The position numbers were made by a program, and so were the translations under genes. Below the pieces are notes generated by a model. It saw only the letters and a program-made list of their open reading frames with translations. It did no database searches and was not told the origin of the DNA. From a virus: a DNA stretch of 56,409 nt. How positions within the stretch are numbered: position 1 is the first letter of the stretch; the number at the start of each line of letters is the position of its first letter. The DNA lies in the IMG/VR virus record IMGVR_UViG_3300031159_000001; one strand, given 5' to 3'. Below are positions 32,053 to 40,262 of this stretch, in pieces.

Positions 32053-32766
32053 TTATTTTCGTGCCCACGGGTCGTTTTCGGGTTTAGTGACGACGCCGCG
32101 GTTCTTCGCGAGTTCGATCAGCCGCTCATGCGACTTCTTTTTCTCGTCCGGGGAGTTGCGGACGTCGGCGCCGAAGCGGCCGGCACCCGGTTTTGGCTTC
32201 AGCAGGTGCGGCTTCTTCTTGGCCAGCGCCTCGAGCGCTTCTTTCACGCCCTCGATCTCGCCCTTGTCGTTTTCCTTGCATTTCGACAGGTCGGCGAGCT
32301 TCAGAGCGTCCTCCCAGTCGGCGAACCCGAGTTCATTCGCCACGATTTTGACCTCGGCAGTGAGCAGGCGCTGATATGTCTTCGCGTTCTGCTCTTTCAG
32401 GCGCTCATCCAGCAGCTTTTCGATGTCGGCCGGATCGGTCTTCTTGTCATCGCCTTCTTTGCCTTTGGAGCCTCCATCGGGCTTTTTCAGCGCCGCTTGG
32501 AGTGCTTCTACCGAGTCGAAGCCCAACTCCTTCGCCAGCGCCTTTTGCGCGGCCTTCTCAGCCCGTGAGAGCCGCGACTGAATGGCTGCGTCAAGCTCGG
32601 CCTGCGTGAACTTCTTTTCGCCACCGTCGCCAGCGCCTCCGCCTTTCGCCCCGTCACCATCACCGCCACCATTGCCGCCGCCGGAGCCGCCGGAGCCGCC
32701 CCCATCTTCGGCGAACAGTTGCAGATCGAGCGGAAGCAGAAAGGGTCTTCTTATGGTTTCGAACAT
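32053..32766 (-). CDS. Scaffolding protein
   Basis: N-terminal LDLQLFAE, a Gly-rich linker, FTQAELDAAIQSRLSR and charged helices. Confidence 0.8.
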   Translation of the reverse strand: MFETIRRPFLLPLDLQLFAEDGGGSGGSGGGNGGGDGDGAKGGGAGDGGEKKFTQAELDAAIQSRLSRAEKAAQKALAKELGFDSVEALQAALKKPDGGSKGKEGDDKKTDPADIEKLLDERLKEQNAKTYQRLLTAEVKIVANELGFADWEDALKLADLSKCKENDKGEIEGVKEALEALAKKKPHLLKPKPGAGRFGADVRNSPDEKKKSHERLIELAKNRGVVTKPENDPWARK

Positions 32767-32840
32767 GGTTTTGACCTCCGTTTTTAAGCCTGGGTCGGCT
32801 GATTCCTCGATCGCAGTTTAACGTCATGCAACGGTTAGGA

Positions 32841-32869
32841 CAAAAGAAAAAGCCGCTCAATTGAGCGAC
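32841..32869 (-). terminator. Terminator hairpin element, copy A (29 nt identical to 35809-35837)
   Basis: The minus strand reads GTCGCTCAATTGAGCGGC followed by TTTTTCTTTTG. Confidence 0.7.
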
Positions 32870-32871
32870 CT

Positions 32872-33240
32872 TTACTTGCGATATAGTTTGATTAGCGCAT
32901 CCGTTATCATGTTCAAGGCTTGTTCTTCTGCGTCCTGCAGCGCTCCTTCAAGTTCCTCTGTGAACTGCCAAAGATGAATGTGCAACAACTCATGAACCAG
33001 GGATTTCTCCATATCCTGCGGATTCAAATTGTCAGGATGGTAGTCGATAGGATCGATCACTCTCAAACGCGCGAGTTTATGCTGCACATTGACGTTGATC
33101 TCTGCGTTCGATTCCTTCGTCAGCATTTGATTTTCGCGAACAATCGAAACGCGAACATCCCAATCCTGCAGCCGCAGAATCTTTTGCCACTCCGCGCACT
33201 TGGCACGAAGCTCGTCCTCCGTATAAATGACTGGATTCAA
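32872..33240 (-). CDS. Small HExxH protein (putative zinc metallopeptidase-like)
   Basis: SLVHELLHIHLW motif. AT-richer than its neighbours. Sits between the minor head protein and the scaffold. Confidence 0.6.
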   Translation of the reverse strand: MNPVIYTEDELRAKCAEWQKILRLQDWDVRVSIVRENQMLTKESNAEINVNVQHKLARLRVIDPIDYHPDNLNPQDMEKSLVHELLHIHLWQFTEELEGALQDAEEQALNMITDALIKLYRK

Positions 33241-34295
33241 GTCGCTCCCTCCTTTCGGATTTCCGCATTAACCTGCCGGTAAGCTTCCTGCAGCTCCCGG
33301 TACGATTTCGTGTTCCGCGCCTTCATGTTCGCGAATTGCTTCAAGCTCGGCGTATCGTTAGGCAGCACCGCTTTGTACCGGATCCATTGCTTCCGCGTCG
33401 CGTTCTTTCGCGACTTCTCGCGCTGCAACTCGTTGTACCTCTGGATGTTCGCTTCCGTGCGGTTGTCGACGAACGGCCGGTTAGACTGCTCAATCATGCG
33501 CTTGACCTCGTCCGGAGGCGTCAGCTCTTCGATCCACGGCGTCAGCGAGTGGACGCAGTGGGAGTGATACGGCGGCCGCTGCTCCAGTTTCGGAAACCTC
33601 GGGTCATTGCCGCTGATCGAGTACACGCGGCCCTGGTATTTGGCGCAATACTCGCACGTGATGCCGACGGAATTGACGTACACGAGATCAATGCCATTCT
33701 GGACGGCCATGTTCTCGGAGCCGGTGACATGCGCCTTGCGCTGGTGGTAATGGATTACCCCGGCCATGTACTTGTCAGCCGGCACCCGGGCGCCGTTCTT
33801 CGTGACGATGCCGGTGATGCCCTGCTGGTTCAGCTCGGCGACGGCCTGATGCGTCGCCTCCCGGCGGCTCGTACCGGTCAGCAGCGACCGCTCGTTCGCC
33901 CTCCTGACAGCCTCCTCGATGCGCCGCTTCGCGTCCGCGCTCATGTTGTCGCTGGCCTCAAGGATCGAGTAAAACGCCTCGTCCATGATCGCCTGCGCGG
34001 CGCGCTGGTGGATGAGCGGCCTGAGCGTCGTATTGATCTTTTCCGCAGCCAAACCAGCCCGAATCATGCTCGATACGGCTTCTGCGGCGCCGGCGTGGTA
34101 CGAGCTGCCGAGCAGCTGCGCCATCTCCTGCCCGGCCTGTCCGGTCAGTTCGGAGATGATCGCTTCGACCTGACGGAGCAGTTCTTGCTTCCGCCGCTGC
34201 GATATCGATCCATCCTCAAGCGACTGGATCAACTCGCGCAGTCGCTCATCCGCGCGGACGTAGAGAGCGATGATTTGATCTGCCGTCGTCGCCAT
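33237..34295 (-). CDS. Minor head / head morphogenesis protein (SPP1 gp7 / Mu F family)
   Basis: C-terminal CEYCAKYQGRVYS...PPYHSHCVHSLTPW signature. Follows the portal gene. Confidence 0.85.
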   Translation of the reverse strand: MATTADQIIALYVRADERLRELIQSLEDGSISQRRKQELLRQVEAIISELTGQAGQEMAQLLGSSYHAGAAEAVSSMIRAGLAAEKINTTLRPLIHQRAAQAIMDEAFYSILEASDNMSADAKRRIEEAVRRANERSLLTGTSRREATHQAVAELNQQGITGIVTKNGARVPADKYMAGVIHYHQRKAHVTGSENMAVQNGIDLVYVNSVGITCEYCAKYQGRVYSISGNDPRFPKLEQRPPYHSHCVHSLTPWIEELTPPDEVKRMIEQSNRPFVDNRTEANIQRYNELQREKSRKNATRKQWIRYKAVLPNDTPSLKQFANMKARNTKSYRELQEAYRQVNAEIRKEGAT

Positions 34296-34296
34296 G

Positions 34297-35799
34297 TCAC
34301 AGCGTCACCCGCGGCGGCTGTGTGTATGTCGGGTTCAGCGAATCGACTGCCTTTTCGTCCTGGATCTTGCGGATTTCCTCCTCGATCGCCTCTTCCGACC
34401 AATCCGGGTGCAGGCGGCGAACCGTTGTCTCGAGCGATTGCACGCCGGCTTCGTAGTTTGCCCGCTCTTCCTTGTTCTGCTCAGCCTCGGCCTTTGGCAG
34501 CATGTCGCCCCACTCGATGACCGGCGCCTTTACCTCGTACTGTGTGCCTCCGAGCGTGTTTTCGAGGATGATGCACTTGCGGATAGCATCCTTGATAGCC
34601 ACGTCGAACTTGTCGCGGATCGCTTCAGCTTTGATCACGCTTTGAATCCACAGGTACAGCAGCGCTATTGCCGACTGTCCCGTGCCATTCTCAAGCCCTG
34701 CAGCCTGCGGAGATGTCTTTGTGATAGCGAGCATGTACTTGATCAGCCGCGTCACATGTTCGAACGATTGCTGCGTCTTCGCGTCCCAGGTGATGTATTG
34801 CGGCACAGCGCCTTTGTTCTCGTCATAGCTGACGACTTCGAGATCAGCGTTCCGAACGAACCGCTGTCCATAGTGTGCGTTGTTCGTTTCCGCCACTGTA
34901 TTCCACAGCGCCCGAGGAATCGCAAGTTTCGGCTTGCCGTGCTTTTCAAAGATGACCGCGTCTCGAGTGATCGTCCAGTTGATCTCTTCCTGGAGCTCGA
35001 CAACATTACGCAACGCAGAACGGCCACGCGGATGCCGCAGCGTGGCTTCGTTCGTCACCATACCGCACATGAGTTCGGTCACACCTGGAAGCTCTACATC
35101 CTCCGGGATTTCTACGTTGTATTCGCGGGCGTACTCCTGCACGTCCATCTCTTCGCCTACGCTGTCGCCATCCATGCGGAATACCATTTGCTGCATGGTC
35201 AATCCGGTTTCCGTCAGGCGCTGGCGTTCGACGCGCAGGAATTGCTTCTTGTTGTCGTCCTCGCCTCGTTCTTCAATCCACGCGATGTCGGCGCCCAGGT
35301 CATCATCGTGCGGCAGAAACTTGTCGCGAAGAATCCATTCGAACCAGACCTTATTTCGCACAGGTTCCCGGCGCACGCGGTACGCAATCATGCCGTCGAC
35401 CTGGTGTTGCGTGATGGCCGCCCATATCCCGTCGTTGACCTTCGATGCCTCGACGACACCGGACACAAAATCGAGTTCGGGCTGATCCTCCGAATCGGCT
35501 GAAATGTTCCCGAGTGAGCGGTTGATTAGGTCGGCCGGAAGCTCCGCGATCAGGCTGCAGAAATTGACGACGATATACGGAACGCCACTCTCTACGACCT
35601 CTGTGACCTGTTCCCATTCCTTCAGTGACTTCCGGCGCCAGCGGTATCGTTTGTCTTTCCCCGCGTGCCGCGCCCGAGGGAAGATGTCCGCGTGGTCGCC
35701 GTCGTACAACTTGCGGTGGAAATTGGCTTCGGCGACTTCGATGTCGAACGGTGGTGGAGGGAACTGCTTGCGTGCGTATTGGATGGTCAGAGGAATCAC
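34297..35799 (-). CDS. Portal protein
   Basis: About 500 aa, downstream of terL. The ORF-track start at 35946 reads through terminator copy B, so GTG 35799 after AAAGGGG was chosen. Confidence 0.85.
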   Translation of the reverse strand: MIPLTIQYARKQFPPPPFDIEVAEANFHRKLYDGDHADIFPRARHAGKDKRYRWRRKSLKEWEQVTEVVESGVPYIVVNFCSLIAELPADLINRSLGNISADSEDQPELDFVSGVVEASKVNDGIWAAITQHQVDGMIAYRVRREPVRNKVWFEWILRDKFLPHDDDLGADIAWIEERGEDDNKKQFLRVERQRLTETGLTMQQMVFRMDGDSVGEEMDVQEYAREYNVEIPEDVELPGVTELMCGMVTNEATLRHPRGRSALRNVVELQEEINWTITRDAVIFEKHGKPKLAIPRALWNTVAETNNAHYGQRFVRNADLEVVSYDENKGAVPQYITWDAKTQQSFEHVTRLIKYMLAITKTSPQAAGLENGTGQSAIALLYLWIQSVIKAEAIRDKFDVAIKDAIRKCIILENTLGGTQYEVKAPVIEWGDMLPKAEAEQNKEERANYEAGVQSLETTVRRLHPDWSEEAIEEEIRKIQDEKAVDSLNPTYTQPPRVTL

Positions 35800-35808
35800 C
35801 CCTTTCGG

Positions 35809-35837
35809 CAAAAGAAAAAGCCGCTCAATTGAGCGAC
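35809..35837 (-). terminator. Terminator hairpin element, copy B
   Basis: Identical 29-mer caaaagaaaaagccgctcaattgagcgac (+ strand). Confidence 0.7.
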
Positions 35838-35842
35838 TTTCA

Positions 35843-36190
35843 TCAAACAGTTTCGAGTTCAAAACACGGTAAGTTTCGAGTCGTTTCGATATACGAAAAG
35901 TGTTCCGATTTGATCGCACAACTCCTACTAATTTCGAGATCGTCATCGAACTTATAATTCCGGCATCGTATGCAACAACGTTCTTCCTTTTCTTCCACCC
36001 CAGACCGAATGACCTCTACATATTGATGCGAGAGAGGAAGTTTGTCTTCAGCCAAATTCGTCCAATAAATATATTGATTCGGCCAGAGTGTCGCATCTGC
36101 TTTAATTATCCCCTTCTTCCCCAGTTCGGAGAGAACAAATCCGACAGCAGATGAATTAACTTGAATGATGAACTTGTTCCTGAAACCCAA
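35843..36190 (-). CDS. Hypothetical AT-rich moron between terL and the portal gene
   Basis: TTG 36190 lies 8 nt after AAGGAGG. 115 aa. Contains CCIRC. No recognisable domain. Confidence 0.55.
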   Translation of the reverse strand: MGFRNKFIIQVNSSAVGFVLSELGKKGIIKADATLWPNQYIYWTNLAEDKLPLSHQYVEVIRSGVEEKEERCCIRCRNYKFDDDLEISRSCAIKSEHFSYIETTRNLPCFELETV

Positions 36191-36222
36191 CTGCAACGCC
36201 TCCTTTTCGGTATTTTACCACA

Positions 36223-37530
36223 TTACCAGCCCGCCGGCCGCTGGCTGCTGTAAGGCATTTCGCCGCGGAACAGAATCGTATGGACAAAATAGCGATCCGC
36301 GTCCATTTGGTGATCGTTCTCTTTCAGCGGCTTGTCCTCGCCGCGTTTCGCCGCCTTCTCGTCCCAAATATAGGATGAAAACTCGCGGAATGTCTCGGTG
36401 CAGCAATCGTTGTATGCGATCAACTCCCGCTGTAGCGCTGTCGCTACGTTGCGGATGCCGTTGACTACGTCGTTATTTGCAGGCTCGACGTAAAAACGGC
36501 CTCGCTTATCGATCGCCGCAATGAACGATGCTGCTGACGGGTCGATAACAACCGCGTGGATGTACAAGTCCCCGGCAAACGCCTCCAGATCGTCGCAATA
36601 CTCTTCGTCCGTCTTTTGCCGGCCGTTAGCGCGCCCGTCATAGTGGTATTCCTTAACCTTGTACCACTTGGCGTCATACTTGCCCCAAAGACCGAATGTC
36701 GTCGGGTTTTTGGTGCCATAGTCGACGGAAATGTAATACTCAGTGTAAGGCCGATCAACAGTAGGAACGATATGCTTCCCGCCGGGCGTAGAGTCGAACA
36801 TATCGTAGATGACACCCTCTGCCATCACCCACAAGCCGAGAATGTAGCGCTTGAAGAATATGCCGGAGTACATCCGGAGGTACCGCTCTTTCACGCGCTC
36901 CGACAGGCTCGGGTTGTCGTCCATGGTGAAATGCAAATGCAGGGCGCGTTTGTCGTCCAGTTTGTCCAACCAATCGAGCTTGAACCAGTGATAGGGGCCA
37001 GCCGGGTTACAGTTGAACCACAGCTTCGCGCCGTCCACGCTACAGCGCGCCGTTGCCTGGTTGACGAACGACTGCGGCATCAGCGCGACCTCGTCGAAGA
37101 ACATGCCGGCGAGGGTGATACCCTGAATCAGATCCTGCGAGCGCTCGTCCTTGCCGCCGAAGAGATAGAAATCGTTGACCTTTCCGCCGCGCGAGATGGT
37201 CAGCAGATTGTCCGCTCTATGATCTCGCACATGGTAGCCACGGCTCGTCAGCATCTGCTTCAGCGGTCCGATCACATTGCGACGCAGCGCACCGATCGTC
37301 TTGCCGGCCATACCGAGCTGCTGGCCGTTGAACGTCTCCATAGCCCAGACGACATAGCTGAACGACATTGACGCTGTTTTCCCGGCGCGGACGGACCCGT
37401 CACAGATGATCGCGTCTTTGTCATGGTGCGGACTCTCCGGCATCCACCACGTCAGCACCTTCAACTGCTTCGGACTGAATGGCTGCCAGCGAAACGTGGG
37501 TTTAAGCTTCCTCGTCGTTCGGCTCGCCAT
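36223..37530 (-). CDS. terL: Terminase large subunit (PBSX-type)
   Basis: Walker A GSVRAGKT and a C-terminal nuclease region. 435 aa. Confidence 0.95.
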   Translation of the reverse strand: MASRTTRKLKPTFRWQPFSPKQLKVLTWWMPESPHHDKDAIICDGSVRAGKTASMSFSYVVWAMETFNGQQLGMAGKTIGALRRNVIGPLKQMLTSRGYHVRDHRADNLLTISRGGKVNDFYLFGGKDERSQDLIQGITLAGMFFDEVALMPQSFVNQATARCSVDGAKLWFNCNPAGPYHWFKLDWLDKLDDKRALHLHFTMDDNPSLSERVKERYLRMYSGIFFKRYILGLWVMAEGVIYDMFDSTPGGKHIVPTVDRPYTEYYISVDYGTKNPTTFGLWGKYDAKWYKVKEYHYDGRANGRQKTDEEYCDDLEAFAGDLYIHAVVIDPSAASFIAAIDKRGRFYVEPANNDVVNGIRNVATALQRELIAYNDCCTETFREFSSYIWDEKAAKRGEDKPLKENDHQMDADRYFVHTILFRGEMPYSSQRPAGW

Positions 37531-38293
37531 CGTCCCACACCTCCGCCGCTTTGCCGCGCAGGGCGTCTATGAAACCGTCGTCGCCGGCCTCGCCCTGGTC
37601 GTTCTCGGCAGCCTTGCGCTTGATCTCTTCCGTCTCCGCCCGCACCTTCGCGACCTGCGCCTGCATGAGTTCGAGCTTCGCGCGGCGCTCGTCGTTCTCG
37701 GGGGCTGCAGCAAGGAACTGCTTGATCGCAGAGCGCAGTTCCTTGTTGATCGTCGCGAACGCCTTCAGCTGGGCAGCTTCTTTATCCCAGGCGAATTGCA
37801 GCTCCCATTCACGCTCACTCAGCTTGCCGCCTTCCTTTACTCGTTTCAGTTCGCGTGTCGTGTCATTTTTGCCCTGAACAAACATGATCCGCTGTGCCCA
37901 TAGCATTTTGGCGTAGGCCAGTTCCACGCCGTGCCAGAGCATGTCCAGCGGATCGAGATTTTCGACTTCTTTCATGAGTTCGCTGAGCTCATCGGGAAGC
38001 AGTTTGCGGTAGAGCCCGTGTTTCAGTGCATTTTGGTTACCGGGCGGGGCGCCGCCTCCGCGATTGCCCTTCGCGTTCTTGTTGCCCTTCGGGGCGCCGC
38101 GCGGCCGTTTGGCGGGGATCTCGTCCCATTTGTCCTGAAACTTCCACTTGCGAACGAGCACGTCGGACACACCGAGTTCGTTCGCAATATCGACAAGCTT
38201 CATTTGCCGGCCGGATTTCAGCCAGAGCTGAAGAGCTTTCTTGCGGTTATCGCTGCGCGGTCGAGACACTACATTCACCCCACCTCCGGGCAT
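37502..38293 (-). CDS. terS: Terminase small subunit
   Basis: N-terminal HTH LVDIANELGVSDVLVRKWK and the GAPKGNKNAKGN...GNQNALKHGLY motif typical of Bacillota TerS. Confidence 0.85.
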   Translation of the reverse strand: MPGGGVNVVSRPRSDNRKKALQLWLKSGRQMKLVDIANELGVSDVLVRKWKFQDKWDEIPAKRPRGAPKGNKNAKGNRGGGAPPGNQNALKHGLYRKLLPDELSELMKEVENLDPLDMLWHGVELAYAKMLWAQRIMFVQGKNDTTRELKRVKEGGKLSEREWELQFAWDKEAAQLKAFATINKELRSAIKQFLAAAPENDERRAKLELMQAQVAKVRAETEEIKRKAAENDQGEAGDDGFIDALRGKAAEVWDDGEPNDEEA

Positions 38294-38422
38294 TTGAGTT
38301 TGAAAGAACGGAACGCGTCGTTTGGTAACGCGACGTTACCATTGATTCTTGCGAGTTTGGTGCCTTTCCGCCGTCACAATATTCCCATTTTGTGGTTCTA
38401 CACTAACCCATAACATAAATTC

Positions 38423-38497
38423 TGTTGCACTCATAAACTGCTGTTTTTCTTCGATTCTTCTAGGCTTTGTTTATGGTGCAGTGGTTTGAGTGCAACA
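38423..38497. repeat. Inverted repeat TGTTGCACTCAtAAAC / GTTTGAGTGCAACA separated by about 45 nt
   Basis: Read directly. Lies between the small recombinase stop (38507) and terS. Confidence 0.5.
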
Positions 38498-38506
38498 CAA
38501 CCCAAA

Positions 38507-39073
38507 TTATGCGTACTTCAGGCGGCGGATTGCGCTGTCCATGAGGTCCTGTGTGAGGCCCAAATACATCAAAGTGACGGTTTCCGACGTGTGATTGAAC
38601 ATGCGCATTAGTAACGCCAGATTGCGCGGGTCCTGCATATACAGGTGATAGCCCCAGGTCTTTCTCATGGTATGCGTACCAATGTCGGTCAGGCCGAAAT
38701 GATCAGCCGCCTCGCGCAGCATCTTGTAGGCTGTGCTGCGGTCGATCGGCCGGCCGGCGAAGCCGGTATGCTTCTTCCGCTGTCTGGATGGGAATAAATA
38801 TTCATGATCCTGCTTGTCCCGAATGAAGAAGTCCAGATCCGCGCGGATCGACGGATGGATAATGAACCGTTTCCGCTTCTTCGTCTTCGACTCCACAATG
38901 TCGATATGGGTGCCGCGCACCTGCCCGACCTTCAGATTCAAGAGGTCCGACACGCGCAGGCCGCTGTAGACGCCGAGCGAAAAGAAGATATAGTTTCGAA
39001 AGTTCCGGACTTTGAAGTATTGCCGGATCGCTTCCACCATCTGCGGATCCCGGATCGGTTGAACGAAGTTCAT
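38507..39073 (-). CDS. Small tyrosine recombinase (catalytic domain only, Xer/integrase family)
   Basis: GLRVSDLLNL (R), HTMRKTW (HxxR), FNHTS and TLMYLG (Y). 188 aa, with no N-terminal core-binding domain. ATG 39073 lies after GAGGTG. Confidence 0.85.
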   Translation of the reverse strand: MNFVQPIRDPQMVEAIRQYFKVRNFRNYIFFSLGVYSGLRVSDLLNLKVGQVRGTHIDIVESKTKKRKRFIIHPSIRADLDFFIRDKQDHEYLFPSRQRKKHTGFAGRPIDRSTAYKMLREAADHFGLTDIGTHTMRKTWGYHLYMQDPRNLALLMRMFNHTSETVTLMYLGLTQDLMDSAIRRLKYA

Positions 39074-39094
39074 GATCACCACCTCGCAAGGCAA

Positions 39095-39125
39095 ATAAAA
39101 AAGCGCCCGAAGGCGCCTTTATTTC
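39095..39125 (-). terminator. Terminator after the AT-rich orphan gene
   Basis: gcgcc-cgaa-ggcgc stem with T-rich tracts on both strands. Confidence 0.7.
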
Positions 39126-39520
39126 TGCGGATTCGTATTATTTTTTATGAAGTTGGTTAAAAACTCATTGGCTTCTGACCATTTTTCTCTTAACTTATTG
39201 CATGCTGTGTACAACCATGAGGTATTATTATCTTTATCCTTTACGAAATTTCTCAATTGAAAAACGAAATCATCGTACTCAATGATGAATGGATTCAATT
39301 CATAGTGATCTAATCCTTTATCATGTAAAAGTCTTTTAAATTCAATATAATATTGCTGTGACAGTTGTAAAAACTGCAGCGATAAGATGTATTGTTCCTC
39401 GCCATCAAAATTGCCATTACCGAGAACCTCATATGCATCCTCGGCAAATATCTTTGCTTTCTCCATTGCATCCTGCAAATACAACGCGTCGTTCAAAATT
39501 TCATTTTTTTCTATTTTCAT
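39119..39520 (-). CDS. Hypothetical AT-rich protein (133 aa)
   Basis: ATG 39520 lies 9 nt after GGAGGG. Strongly AT-rich compared with its neighbours. No recognisable domain. Confidence 0.65.
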   Translation of the reverse strand: MKIEKNEILNDALYLQDAMEKAKIFAEDAYEVLGNGNFDGEEQYILSLQFLQLSQQYYIEFKRLLHDKGLDHYELNPFIIEYDDFVFQLRNFVKDKDNNTSWLYTACNKLREKWSEANEFLTNFIKNNTNPQK

Positions 39521-39680
39521 GTCGATCTTCCCTCCTTGCTCACATAATTCGACACAAGGAGGATTTTTCCTGTCTTGGATCAATAGTAGAGTCTTCTGCA
39601 GCTCTCCCGCCGCTCTCTCCGGTTCCGCGGCTCCGGCCCAGCAAACGGTGCCAACCGCCGCACCAGTCGATAGATCCACC

Positions 39681-39806
39681 TCACGGCCGCACCACCCCCG
39701 TTCGCTTGTCGCGCCGGTACTTGTTGACCGACCAGATGATGCGATGCTTCACGCTGATCCAGCCCGCGAAATTGGGCGGAACAGCGATTTTGTCCTTTTT
39801 CTTCAC
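39681..39806 (-). CDS. Possible very basic 41-aa protein
   Basis: GTG 39806 lies 8 nt after GGGAGG. VKKKDKIAVPPNFAGWISVKHRIIWSVNKYRRDKRTGVVRP. Confidence 0.35.
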   Translation of the reverse strand: MKKKDKIAVPPNFAGWISVKHRIIWSVNKYRRDKRTGVVRP

Positions 39807-39984
39807 AATCAATTCCTCCCTGCATGTGATGTGCCGGCACTTCCGAACGATTCGCGCGGCCGGCTGGCGCCCGGGTCCTGCCCATTCACCGCTCCGGTCG
39901 CGGTCGAAAGGAGGGAGCCGCACCTGTCTCGCTTTGCCCCGCGAACAGGCTTCGGTCATGCGGCAATTTGGGGATGAGCAGGCG

Positions 39985-40014
39985 AAAAGAAAAAAGCCGC
40001 CGATCATCGGCGAC
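39985..40014 (-). terminator. Strong terminator closing the late leader (element copy C, related to copies A and B)
   Basis: The minus strand reads GTCGCCGA-tga-TCGGCGGC followed by TTTTTTCTTTTCG. It shares the aaaagaaaaa(a)gccgc...gcgac flanks with copies A and B. Confidence 0.8.
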
Positions 40015-40190
40015 CCTAAATGCAATTTGGAAGTTTAATCCCGACCGTCACACCCGTGGACCCTATATATCCGCTGCCGAGCGGCTTGATTTGGCATGAC
40101 AGGCGGGATTCGCCCGCCGTCCCGGGATGCCGCGTCACCGGCCGCCTAGGACAGACAGTTCAGCGGCGCGGCGGGCAAATGCTTCACTGA
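40015..40190 (-). ncRNA. Structured GC-rich non-coding leader RNA of the late operon (function unknown)
   Basis: No credible ORF. Several helices are visible, including mutually exclusive pairings of 40113-40118 with 40102-40107 or with 40169-40176. Confidence 0.35.
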
Positions 40191-40226
40191 TATCATAGTA
40201 GCACGGAATTTCCCAAAAAGTCGGCC

Positions 40227-40262
40227 ATAATGCGGACAAAATGCAGACATAGAGCGGACATG
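40227..40262 (-). promoter_or_regulatory. Direct repeats ATGTCCGCTCTATG / TTGTCCGCATTATG upstream of a TACTATGAT box (candidate ArpU-dependent late promoter)
   Basis: Read on the minus strand. 22-nt phasing. No sigmaA -35 is present. Confidence 0.35.

Noticed and set aside
32620-32710. Repetitive ggcgg/ccgcc-rich tract as a tandem repeat or CRISPR-like array
   Set aside because: It encodes the Gly-rich linker (GGGSGGSGGGNGGGDGDG) of the scaffolding protein. It has no spacer-repeat periodicity.
33336-35502. Two long + strand ORFs (394 and 402 aa)
   Set aside because: Antisense shadows of the minor head and portal genes, which have diagnostic motifs.
36556-37371. 271-aa + strand ORF
   Set aside because: Antisense shadow of terL.
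38294-38506. pac/cos site assignment upstream of terS
   Set aside because: Hairpins (for example GGTAACG-cga-CGTTACC at 38324-38340) and an inverted repeat are visible. Nothing in the sequence alone identifies a packaging site, which needs read-terminus data.
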